The notes under the pieces were generated by a model. The model had not been told where the DNA came from and ran no database searches. It saw only the letters and a program-made list of their open reading frames with translations. The translations under genes and the position numbers were made by a program. A DNA stretch of 64,000 nucleotides, taken from Blastocladiella emersonii ATCC 22665. Its lineage: Eukaryota > Fungi > Blastocladiomycota. Location: NCBI GenBank assembly GCA_025594325.1, contig JANHCV010000004.1:1736001-1800000 (forward strand). The letters are read 5' to 3'. Shown in pieces: positions 1-10,899 of this stretch; the stretch's first letter is position 1; every line of letters starts with the position of its first letter.

Positions 1-1146
1 CGAGCGCGCTTGGGGTCATGCCGCGACGGATCCGGGGGTACGCGATTGGGTACTCGGGGCTGGCGATGTAGCTGAGTTTCTCCTCCGTCGTCAGCTTAGA
101 AAACGGCGCGCACCCGTACAGAAGCTGGTACAGGATGCACCCGATCGACCACACGTCGGCCTTGGTGGTGAGCGGCGTGGCCGTCTTGGGCGCGTCCACG
201 GGCGTTTCGTCTGCTGTTGATGAGGACGAAGCCGACGCGATAACCATGTTGTCCCGTTGCGTGTGCGCGTTGACAAGAATAGCCTCGGGCGACATGTAGT
301 CCACGGCGCCAGCTTGCGAGTTGAGGTTGGCCGTGGCCATGTTGCTGGCCGCGGTCCTCATGATCCCAAGGTCGATGAGCTTCAGCTCGGACTTGACGAC
401 GACAAAGCTGGCGGGCTTGAGGCTGCCGTGGATGATCTCGTGTCGGTGCAGTTCGTTCACAATCTCTACCATGCTACGCCAGTAGTAGCGAATGAAGTCG
501 AGGTCAATGGGCCTCTCGGCGCGGAGCTCCATCAGCTTGGCCATGTCCATCTCGCCCAGCTCCATGACCAGGTACAACCGCCGTGACTCGAGGTGGACCT
601 CGTGCGTAACGCTGTCCCTGCTGTCCGCGTTGAGCCGGATACGCTTACTACACGCGTAACGTGGCATAGGCGCGTGAATGAGCAATTGAGGCTGAGTTTA
701 TCCAGCGTGATGTGCGCAATCAAGCGGTAAACGTACATGGCGATGGGCTTCGTCCCCTCTGGGAACGCCTGGAACACGAGCGACCTCCTGCCCTCGCCCT
801 GGCGCTCGCCCATCCCGACCATGTCGCCGTACTTGTACTTGTACTTGCGACCGCGGATCCACACCACGTACCGCTTCTTCTCAGGCGACATCTCCGTCGT
901 CACCCGCGCGGGCAGGTTGAGCTTGCGGATCGGGATCGCGGCCCTTGGGGCAGTGGCTGGCAGGTCGTCGTCGGCGACGGTCTCCGACGTTCCGTGTGCG
1001 CTGCTCTCGGAGGTGGTCCGTGCACGTTTCGCCGCGCGATGAGCGCCGGACGCGGTGTCAGGCGTGGAGGCCGGGTCGGTGGCCGGCGTGCTTTCGCTGC
1101 CTCCGCAGCGATTTTAAGAGGGATTTCGCGTCGGCAAGTTGGACAT
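1..1146 (-). pseudogene. Mps1/TTK-like kinase with degenerate catalytic motifs (pseudokinase or pseudogene); runs off window start
   Basis: Splicing intron 648-736 restores PIAIKRIRL. Then LYLVMELGEMD, IIHGSLKPASF..LKLIDLGI, DYMSPEAI, ADVWSIGCILYQLLYGCAPF. In-frame TAA at 1116-1114, ten codons after ATG 1146. Confidence 0.7.
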
Positions 1147-1357
1147 GATGACGCGGATTTTGCCGGATTGTAGATCATCTATTGGACGGGACGAGAGGTC
1201 GTGCGCGCTGCTTGCGTGCATGCGGGCTGGACGCGGACGACCATGGCCGTGTGCTCAGCCGCAAACGTGACCGGCGTGCCGATGACCAACGCGCGAGCCC
1301 ATCCCATCCTCACCTCGTCTCACGCTGAGGTTCTTGAGTCAATGATGATGGACTACC

Positions 1358-1367
1358 TTTATATATA
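1358..1367 (-). promoter_or_regulatory. TATA box upstream of the kinase-like gene
   Basis: TATATATAAA on the minus strand in GC-rich context, about 210 bp upstream of ATG 1146. Confidence 0.4.
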
Positions 1368-1390
1368 CAATTCAATCCCACCCGCCACCC

Positions 1391-2510
1391 TTAATCCGCG
1401 TTCGGCGGCGCCGTAATCCAAATAGACCGCGGGGTGCTTGGCCGCGTGTCGACGTACGGGCTGTGCGGGTCGAGTCGCGCCGTCGACGTCGTGTGGAGCG
1501 CGGAGATGGACCCGGTCGACTTAGTCGGGGACAGGTGCGCGGTACTGGCGAGCTGCGATGTCGAGCCCGTCCCGCCGTCGTGGCTCGCGCCGCCGTGGCT
1601 CCGATGCCCGCCACCGCCGCTGTGCGTGTTGCTGACGCGCGAGTGCATGAGGTCCGCGAGCCCGGCGAGGAAGCTATAGGGGTTGGCGTCAGCCTAATTG
1701 GACTGTCATCGGGGCGAGGGACACGTACCCGCAGAAGCAGCGAAGCCGAAACGCTTCCGCAAAGTAGGCGGACGACCACTGCGGATCCCACGTCGACGAG
1801 GACAGCTGCGCGATGTTGACGCCGATGACGAGGGCGCTTTCGGCGACGAGAAGCAGCGTGACGTGGCGCAGAAGCTTGGAGAAGCCCTCGCGGAACGTCG
1901 GCATGCCAGCCTTGGGCTTGGTGATGGTATGGAGGTGCAGGATGAAGGCGGCGGCGATAATCCCGTTGACGAACGCGTCGACGACCGAGTAGCTCGAGTA
2001 CGCGAAAGTGACGAGCTCCGAGATGTGAACGATCGACTCGCCGGCGTCGCGCAGGAACGACGCCACGATGCAGATGATGTTGACCGCGGATGAGAGGATG
2101 ATGGCTATACTGACGACAGTCTTGAGGACCGCTACCGTGCGCGGCATGTCCTTGGAGATCAGCGACTGAAGCCTAAACGCGGCTCGAGGTCAGCTGAGGA
2201 GATAGTGCGACCGTGGCCATGCACATGCGCGTACCTCTTGAAGTTGAGCAGCGTGAATCCACACTGGCAGAACCAGCCGAGCGCCTGCTGGATGACCTCG
2301 AGCGACGTGGTCTGCGGGCCGTACTCGAAGTTCATGACACAGACGCCAAGCGTGATCTCGATGAGCCGCGCGCACGCGATGGCCAGCAGCGACAGGTAGA
2401 AGCGCGAGAGCCGACTTCGGTACAACAGCGCGCTGTTGTAGCTGGTCAGGCCATGGATCATGACATTGAGGCCGAAGATGAAGGATTCGGGCGAGAAGTA
2501 GAAGGTCATC
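1391..2510 (-). CDS. Multi-exon, about 7-TM membrane protein (orphan GPCR-like) with Ser/His/Gly-rich C-tail; 5' end uncertain
   Basis: ORFs 2159-2509, 1689-2147 and 1391-1648 joined by GT-AG introns; about seven hydrophobic segments. Confidence 0.55.
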
Positions 2511-2880
2511 TATGGCGACGAGGGCCGGCAGTCGCGTCAGAGCCGTGGCCGAGTGCGGGGCTGCGGCGCGACCGCGCGACGGGTTCCATGGGCGTTGCGT
2601 ACATCTGCTTCTGTCATCGTTCCATAGGTTTCATGCTGCAGGGTGGGGAGCAGGTGGAGAGGCCCAGAGGACGGAGACCAAGCCCTCCACGACCGAGCCG
2701 GGAGGCGAAGCGAAGCGTGCGATCACGACGCGTCGTCGCGAGCGTCTCCCTCTTCGGCCGACAGTCTCCCAGCGCCGATCCGCAGTTGAACAATGTACAC
2801 GGACTCTTGCATTCACCAACCGACTATAGGTACACCAGGAATCACACGAGCAGCAGCAGCGCGGCGGTGAGAGTGCGCGC

Positions 2881-3438
2881 TCAGACGAGCTTGGCCAGCG
2901 GGTACACGACGAGGTGGATCTCGCCAGCGGCGCCCTTCTTGCCCGTGAGCGTGAGCCACATGTCGGCGTTGCCGTTGCGGATGAGCTTGTCGGCCGAGAG
3001 CGTGACCTCGCCGATCAGGTCGTCGCGGCTGAGCTTGTCGTCGTCGTAGACCTCGACGCGGATCTCGGTGGCGCCCGCGGCGGCCAGGTCGAGGTTGAAG
3101 GTCTCGTTGAAGGTGGCGTCGGCGCCGGCACCCTTCTGCGTCGCGGTGCGCACCTCCTTGCCGCCCCACTTGAGGATCACGTACGGGTCGTTCTTGCCGC
3201 CGAACAGGTGGTCCGACTTCTTGAGGTTGCGCACGGCCGCTACATGGCAGGTGTGCGGTCAGGACACGGTCCGAAGCAGTCGCGTCGTGCCGCCGGCCGT
3301 ACCAACGGTGACCTCGGCCGACTCGAGGCGGGGAACCGTCTTGGCGCTGGCGTAGGGCGCGACGGCGGGGACGGCGGGCTTGGCCGCGGCGGCAGCGGCG
3401 GGCGCGGGAGCCGACTGGGCGGGCACGGCGGTGGTCAT
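2881..3438 (-). CDS. C2-domain protein (2 exons)
   Basis: NLKKSDHLFGGKNDPYVILKWG..RT..A.FNETF..VEVYDDDKLSRDDLIG is a canonical C2 pattern; ATG 3438, intron about 3241-3300. Confidence 0.85.
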
Positions 3439-3636
3439 CTTGTGTGTGATACGTGGCAAAGAGCGAGGTTGCTGCTGGGGAGAGAGAGGAAGCGAAAGCG
3501 CGCGGTCGTGCCACTCAAAGTCGGCCGACGCGTTCGACTTCGACCGGCCTCGCCCGTGATGCCGAAAGGAGCACTCGCTCGCTTCTCTTCCAACCCACAC
3601 CGCCGCGGCAACCTGCGTCGCACCACGCTCGCTGCA

Positions 3637-5750
3637 ATGGATATCCGCGGTAACTGTCGCCCTGAATGAAGCTCCATGCACGCATACGACGCCGCGACTG
3701 ACGGCGGGCCGGCGCCGCGCTGCAGCGCTCTCGTCCGGGGCGACGCTCCTCCAGTGCCACGACGTCCGCATCCTCGTCGACACGTTCCCGTCCAACCATG
3801 CCGCTGCGGCCGCGAGTAAGCCAAGGAAGCCCAGCGTCGTTGCCGGCGACCCGGACGTGGACGGCGTCGACCTCGTCCTCGTCTCCGACTTCATGTCCGG
3901 CGCGCGCCTACTCCGGTCGCTCCGCGGCACAGCGCTGTCCCCGCGGGCACAGATTCTCGCCACGCGGCCGACGCTCGACCTCATGCGGTACGTCTGCCGC
4001 CCGACCAAGGTGGATTGAACCCTGACCCGATCGCCACGTCCAGGCGATGCCTCGAAAAGGACCTGCACTCGGCGTCGACGGGCCGCGGGGACGGGATCAG
4101 CATAGCGCCCGACGAGGGCAAGGAGCTGCTCCAGCTCATGGCTCTGTTCGCCGCGCAGTCCAAGATTGTGGGCTTTGACGAGACCATCGTGCGTGCTGGT
4201 CGCTCGTTACGAGAACTGCGCAGCCTTCTGACCCCCGCTGCTCCCGTAGACCATCAACAGCGCGCTCAAGCTGTGCGTGTACAGCTCGGGCTTCACCATC
4301 GGCTCCGTCAACTGGATGTTCCACCTCGGCGACCGCCGCATCGTGTTCGCCGGCCCGTCCAGCTTCGAAGAGACCCGCTTCCCCGAGCACATGGAGATTG
4401 ACGCGCTCGCCTTCGCCGACGCCATGGTCGTGTCATCGGTCTCGATGCGGCCGCTCGATCACTGGCACTCGCAGCTGCAGAATATCGAGAACTTGATCGG
4501 TACGCTCTCCTCGCCGCGATGCCGTCCGTAAGTGGTCCGCTAACACTCCCAACTAGTCGAGCACGCCGCCGAGAAACGCGCCGCGCTATTCCCCGTGTCG
4601 GTAACGAGCCCCGTCTTCTTCGACGTGCTGCACGCTATCTGCCGCACGCTCGAGACCACGGGCCTGCTCCGGACCTCGCTGATCGTGGTCGTGTCGCCCG
4701 TCATGGAGAGCGTGGCCGAGTACGTCAACGTGTCGTCAGAGCACCTCAACGCCGACCTGCGCGCGCGCACCCACGCCGGCCTGCTGCCCATGCTGCCCAA
4801 CGCGCTGGCCGACCCCGTCTACGCCGCCCACTTCATGACGCTGCCGTCGCTCGCCGACCCGCTCTTCTCGCTGCGCGCGCGCGACCAGAACCTGGCCCTG
4901 TTCGTCGTCGCCGGCCACGAGAGCTTCCAGCACGGCGACGCCGTCGAGATCCACCGCATCCTCGCGGGACTCCGCCCGCTCACCGTGTGCGTTACGGATC
5001 CGGACGCGGCCGTGTACTGGACCAAGAAGCGCGAGGCCGAGCACCGCACGGCCGCCGACGACGGCATGACCGTGATCCCGCTCGACCCGCGCCTCAACGC
5101 GATCGGCCTGATGCGCGCCCTCGATATGCTCAAGCCCCGCAAGCTGCTCTCGGTCGGCCAGCTCCCCGACACGTACGCGGACCTGCTCGAGCCCATCCAG
5201 CTGCCGGCGGCCCCGATCCCGCACGCGTGGACGTCGCTCGATCTGCCGCCCGAGCTGGTCCGGGCTGACGTGCGTCCCGAGGTACGTCTTTGAGCTGGTG
5301 CGCGTGACAATGCCCAAGCGAGCTAACCGTCCGTCTCCACGTCCTCTGTAGCTCGAGGCTGCCCTCGCGCTCGAGCCCGCCTTCATCCTGCCGGACGGCA
5401 GCTCGCTGCGGCGCATCACGTGCGTGTGGGACATGCAGGCCAACGAGCTGGCGCCCATCATGTCGCAGGTGGACCACGAGCGCGCGCTCGACCAGGCGCC
5501 AGCCAAGCAGTACATTGGGCTGTTCGAGTTCTCGGCGCTGGTCAAGCTGCTCGAGCAGATGTTTGGCAACAGCATGACGCGCGTCTCGGCGACGGAGGTG
5601 TCGCTGCCGCAGGTCGCGGTCAGCATCGTGCACCTGGCGGACGAGGGCGACGTCGAGATCGTGTTCCGCCACCGCGAGATCCCGCAGGTGACGAACGCGT
5701 TGCAGGAGGCGATGCGCGCCATGTTCCAGCATCAGTTCCAGACGCAGTGA
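3637..5750 (+). CDS. INTS9: Integrator complex subunit 9-like (inactive MBL/beta-CASP), multi-exon
   Basis: DLVLVSDF (no HxHxDH), ILATRPT, SSGFTIGSVNW, VVSPVMESVAEYVNVSSEHL, VAGHESFQHGDAV, PLDPRLN..LKPRKL follow the recalled INTS9 motif order. Confidence 0.75.
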
Positions 5751-6730
5751 TGACGGCGAGGGCAGTGAATAGACACCTGATTGGACGCAGATGACGATGG
5801 TGATGGAGAAGAGAGCCGCGAGGGGCTCTTGATGATGATTGATTGATTGATGAGATCACACAAAACAACAACGACTCTGTGGCCCTCACACGGCCATCGA
5901 AGCACGCCGAACAACTCAGGCCGACGAGTCGCCGGCGAGGCACAGGATCACGTCCTTGTCGCGCTTGATCGTGTCGAGGAACGACGGGTGCTTGAGGTCG
6001 AGGATCTGCTCGAGGTCCTTGGACGTGTGCGACATGACGCCCTTGGCGATCAGGTCGTACGTCTCGACGAGCGTCTCGATCTCGGTCTTGTCGAGCTTGG
6101 GCGTGGCGCTGGCGAGCAGCGAGCGCGCCTCGTTGAGCGAAATGTCCTTGAAGGTGACGGCGCCTTTGCCCTGGCCCGCGTCCTTGCCGAGCGCCTTGCC
6201 GAGCAGCTCGGCCATCTGCTGGCCCGTCAGCGCCTCGGGCCCCGTCAGCGTGAGCACCTGGCCGCGGTACGTCGACTGCATCGGGTGCGCGGCGAGCATC
6301 TGGGCGAGCGCCTTGCCGAGCGTCTGCGCGTCGAGCGGCGCCCACGCGCCCTGCTTGGTCGGCAGCGGCAGCGTGCCGTCGCGCACGAGCTGGCGCGCGT
6401 ACGTGAACAGGTTCTGCGTGTAGAAGTTGGCGCGCACCACCGCCTTGTTCGGGATCTTGGAGTCGAGGAAGGCGCGCTCCAGCGACTGCCACGCCGCCAG
6501 GTGCTCGTGCTTGGACGAGTCGTGCTTGCCGGAGCCGCCCTCGGCCACGTGCGTGCCCGTCCACGACAGCAGCACCGCGTTCTGCACGCCGCACTGCTCG
6601 GCCGCCTGGATCATGTTGATGGCCACCTGGTGCTTGCGCGAGCGCGTCGGCGGGATCAGCGCCAGCGTCGTCACCCCGTCCAGCACCTGTTTGAGGTCGT
6701 CGAGCTTCTCCGGGTGGACTGGAGTGGATC
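5640..6730. repeat. Left arm of 1091-bp inverted duplication
   Basis: Reverse complement of 9341-10431; both end pairs sum to 16071; the 256-aa ORF is identical in both arms. Confidence 0.95.
5916..6718 (-). pseudogene. 5'-truncated duplicate (exon 2 only) of the NmrA-like gene
   Basis: Same protein as 9385-10155 but no exon 1 upstream; identity stops at 6730, inside the intron. Confidence 0.75.
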
Positions 6731-6834
6731 CCCGCCTTGATCGCGCACTCGGAACGGTCGAACGATGGCCGGCTCCGAGGGCCGAGCGTAACGGTCATGA
6801 AGTCGATGGCGCGAGTGGCCGCCGCCCGTCCACA

Positions 6835-7834
6835 TCACGACGACGCGGTCGGCGTCTGCGGCGCCGTAACGGATCCCACGAGGAAAACGGCGAAGCTGCC
6901 CTTGGCCGGCGTCGACGACCACCACAGCACGTTGAGCGCGTCCGTGATCGCCTCGAGGCTGCGGCCCGCGTGTATGAAGCCGAATCCGAACACGAGCGCC
7001 ACGGCCCAGTACTGCCGGCGGAGCGCGGCCACCTTGTCGAGGACTCCGAAGCTGTCCTGCGGCGCGGAGGAGGGCCGTGAAGTCGACCTGCGTGGATACG
7101 ATGTTGTCCGGGGCGTCCGCGCCGGGTTGCTGGTCGTACGTGAGCGCGACGAGGCGCTGCGGCGTGGCTCGCGGAAATCGTCGAGCGGGCAGCGAGGATC
7201 AAGTTGCCGCGCATCGAGCACGCGGGTCGCACGTCCTTATTGGTGCGGTGGAAGACAATCAGCTTGCTCGCGTTGCGCGACGGCGCAAACTCGCGCGCGA
7301 GGATCAGGGCCTCGTGCGCCGCATCGTCGAGGAACGACAGGTACTTGGCGACGAGCTCGCCGATGGCGGCCATGGTCGCGGCCACGAACGACTCGAACGC
7401 GACCGGGTCGTACAGCGTCGAGAGGTTGGCCGAGAGAGCCGGGACGGTCGGCGCCTGCGGGGGCGGCGGCACCGATGCCTCCTGGTCGGCGTACGAGTCG
7501 CGGCGGCCCTTGGCCATGGCGGCGACCACGGCCTCCTGCTCCTCCTCGGCCACGATGTTGTTGATCGAGGTGATGGTCGAGGTCGTGTCGAGCGGGTACT
7601 CTGTCGGACGGGCGAGAGACAAAGTCAGTTATCATGTGGATTGTAGGGAGGCATGCGAGTCGAGAACGTACCCGAACCGGTCACCGAGCTAGCGTCCGAG
7701 TGCTCGGCAACCGAGTCGGAGGCGCCCGTGAACAGCTTGTCGAGGCCGAGGTCAAACGAGGCGAAGCTCGGCAGCGTGACGAGCGACGGCGCGCGCAGGA
7801 CCGCCGAGCCGAGCGACGGGAGCGCTGACAGCAC
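6835..7834 (-). CDS. Hypothetical multi-exon protein, possibly disrupted
   Basis: Coding-like segments 7625-7834, 7250-7600 and 6835-7050 with GT-AG junctions; no family recognised. Confidence 0.35.
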
Positions 7835-7989
7835 AACGAGGGGCGCCGGAGCGACGACAGGCTGTACAGGGCCTCGGCCGAGTTGTAGTTGGTGACCGTG
7901 GCCTGGATCTCGGCGGCCTGAACATAAGGTACAGCGGGCACGGCGTCGGAACCGGAGTGGTTGATCTCGCCGGCGACGATGAAGATCTG

Positions 7990-8400
7990 GGAAGTGTCGA
8001 GTGTACTCGCCGTTGGACAGCTAGACGAGGTTCTTGCGGCGGTAAATCAGCGACAGCAAGCCGTCCGGGTTGATGCGGCCGACGTCGCCCGTCTTGAACC
8101 ACCCGTCCTCGGTCATGGCCTCGCGCGTCAGCTCGGGCTGCTTGAAGTACCCGCGCATGATCGAGGGCCCGCGCAGGAGCACCTCGCCCGTCGGCGGCTC
8201 GGCCGTCGCCGAGTACCCGGCCTCGGGCACGTCGATCAGCTTGTACTCGACGCACGGCATCGGCGCGCCCACGTTCTTGGTCGCGAACCCGAACTTGGGC
8301 GTCAGGATCGTCGTCAGACCCTCCGACTCGGTGGCGCCGAACCCGGCGATCAGCGGGCACGGAATCGACGAGATGAACAGCCGGGCGTCGGCCGAGAACG
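7990..8400 (-). pseudogene. Long-chain acyl-CoA synthetase (AMP-binding) internal fragment
   Basis: GFGATES..NVGAPMPCVEYKLIDVPEAGY..GEVLLRGPSIMRGYFK..DGWFKTGDVG..IYRRKNLV*LSNGEY: TAG where Lys is expected; no N- or C-terminal parts present. Confidence 0.85.
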
Positions 8401-8915
8401 ATTCAAGCGCTTTGTGCGAGCGTCAGCGACGCGAAATACACGTCGTCGGGGTCCACTCGCGCGACGCGGCGGCCCGCTCTCTCAACCGGGCGACGTGCGG
8501 GCGCAGTGCAACGTTGGCGAGGCCGAATACAGCGGCGGTTACCCCGGTGCGTCGACCGAGTCAGGTTGCATAGTCTTTCATCGTGTGACTGTGGTTGGCG
8601 TGTGGAGGGGACGCGCGAGAATGGGCGCCGGCCGATCGACGCGAGCGACGCGTCGTGAAACGCGCGAGACATCACGTGAGGCCCATCGAGACAGTCCAAC
8701 GCGTTCGCGTTCTGAGACCGCCCGGCGACCGGCGCGCCGCCTTCCCCGCGTACTCGCAAGCCCTGCTGCGCTGCAATGCTGAGCGCCCGAGACACCCGTC
8801 GCAACGGGACACGGAAGGCGATGGAACGACCGCCCGCCCGCGCGTCGACGTGAGCAGGCAAGCCGGTGAGGTGCCCGCCCGCCCGCCCGCCTGTCGCTGC
8901 CGGCATCGACGCGGG

Positions 8916-8921
8916 TATAAA
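8916..8921 (+). promoter_or_regulatory. TATA box of NmrA-like gene
   Basis: TATAAA about 130 bp upstream of ATG 9049, followed by a pyrimidine-rich leader. Confidence 0.5.
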
Positions 8922-9048
8922 GCTCGGCCGGACCCCCCGCACCTCCCTCTCTCCGCTGTCCTAGGCACTCGCCAAGGTCTCCCTCCGTCACCACTGCGCG
9001 CGCACTCCCACCCACCACCCTCCACCCTCCACCACCCCACCCATCATC

Positions 9049-10155
9049 ATGTCGAACACGTCCGGTAAGCCGACCATCTTCGTGTCGTCGTGCGACGGCT
9101 ACTCGGGCACGGCCACGGTCAACAGCCTCCTCGCCCTCGGGCCCGACCGCTACGCCTCGGTCAAGCTCGGCTGCGAGAACAAGGACGAGGCGCACGACTC
9201 GCTCGAGACGGCGGGCGCCAAGAACGTGTCGATCTGCGAGAGTACGTTTTGCCGCTGTGTCTCGCTGCCGTCCTCCTGCTCCTGCCGTCGTCCTCCCGCC
9301 CGCGACCGAGACTGGGACTGATGATGGCTGCCGCCGCGTTGATCCACTCCAGTCCACCCGGAGAAGCTCGACGACCTCAAACAGGTGCTGGACGGGGTGA
9401 CGACGCTGGCGCTGATCCCGCCGACGCGCTCGCGCAAGCACCAGGTGGCCATCAACATGATCCAGGCGGCCGAGCAGTGCGGCGTGCAGAACGCGGTGCT
9501 GCTGTCGTGGACGGGCACGCACGTGGCCGAGGGCGGCTCCGGCAAGCACGACTCGTCCAAGCACGAGCACCTGGCGGCGTGGCAGTCGCTGGAGCGCGCC
9601 TTCCTCGACTCCAAGATCCCGAACAAGGCGGTGGTGCGCGCCAACTTCTACACGCAGAACCTGTTCACGTACGCGCGCCAGCTCGTGCGCGACGGCACGC
9701 TGCCGCTGCCGACCAAGCAGGGCGCGTGGGCGCCGCTCGACGCGCAGACGCTCGGCAAGGCGCTCGCCCAGATGCTCGCCGCGCACCCGATGCAGTCGAC
9801 GTACCGCGGCCAGGTGCTCACGCTGACGGGGCCCGAGGCGCTGACGGGCCAGCAGATGGCCGAGCTGCTCGGCAAGGCGCTCGGCAAGGACGCGGGCCAG
9901 GGCAAAGGCGCCGTCACCTTCAAGGACATTTCGCTCAACGAGGCGCGCTCGCTGCTCGCCAGCGCCACGCCCAAGCTCGACAAGACCGAGATCGAGACGC
10001 TCGTCGAGACGTACGACCTGATCGCCAAGGGCGTCATGTCGCACACGTCCAAGGACCTCGAGCAGATCCTCGACCTCAAGCACCCGTCGTTCCTCGACAC
10101 GATCAAGCGCGACAAGGACGTGATCCTGTGCCTCGCCGGCGACTCGTCGGCCTGA
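9049..10155 (+). CDS. NmrA-like NAD(P)-binding (atypical SDR) protein, 2 exons
   Basis: TIFVSSCDGYSGTATV Rossmann start; VVRANFYTQNL, WAPLDA..LG, LTLTGPEALTGQQMAELLGKALG..VTFKDIS. Confidence 0.8.
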
Positions 10156-10431
10156 GTTGTTCGGCGTGCTTCGATGGCCGTGTGAGGGCCACAGAGTCGT
10201 TGTTGTTTTGTGTGATCTCATCAATCAATCAATCATCATCAAGAGCCCCTCGCGGCTCTCTTCTCCATCACCATCGTCATCTGCGTCCAATCAGGTGTCT
10301 ATTCACTGCCCTCGCCGTCATCACTGCGTCTGGAACTGATGCTGGAACATGGCGCGCATCGCCTCCTGCAACGCGTTCGTCACCTGCGGGATCTCGCGGT
10401 GGCGGAACACGATCTCGACGTCGCCCTCGTC
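9341..10431. repeat. Right arm of inverted duplication (NmrA exon 2, 3' region and INTS9 tail fragment)
   Basis: 10321-10431 is the reverse complement of the INTS9 3' end 5640-5750. Confidence 0.95.
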
Positions 10432-10899
10432 GGCCACCTTCGCAGACCGTGGCCGTCGTAGCGCGGGCGATGGCATTGGTGCCTCCCCTCAACGCTGCTG
10501 CTCGTCCCCGCCGAGCTACCCGGGACGTCGACGCTATCTATATGATGGGCCGGAATGCACGTTTGAGAACTAGATGTTGCGTCACCGAGTCGGACCACCT
10601 GTAGTTCCTACCTGCGCTCTCAAGCGGGCCGGCCCATCAAGACCTCGATTAGTTTTAGCGAGCAGATGGTTTTTAGACTTACGTCTACGATAGGCCGAGC
10701 TCGTGCTCGGAAGCAGCTGCCCATTGATCGAGCAGTTCTGAGTGCTTTACGGCTCAGGCTTGAGTGCGCGGCATGGAAGTCCACACGGCCCTCGTCCTTT
10801 TGTCCGCGGCCATGGCCGCGGACATGACCACTGTGGCGCCTGAGACGATGGCCAACCCAACTACCGTAGAATGAGCTCAAGCGGAGAAAGGATCATACT

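Noticed and set aside
900-1178. RING-like CPTCRREI ORF
   Set aside because: Only the last Cys pair is present, it is out of frame with the kinase, and the rest is low-complexity.
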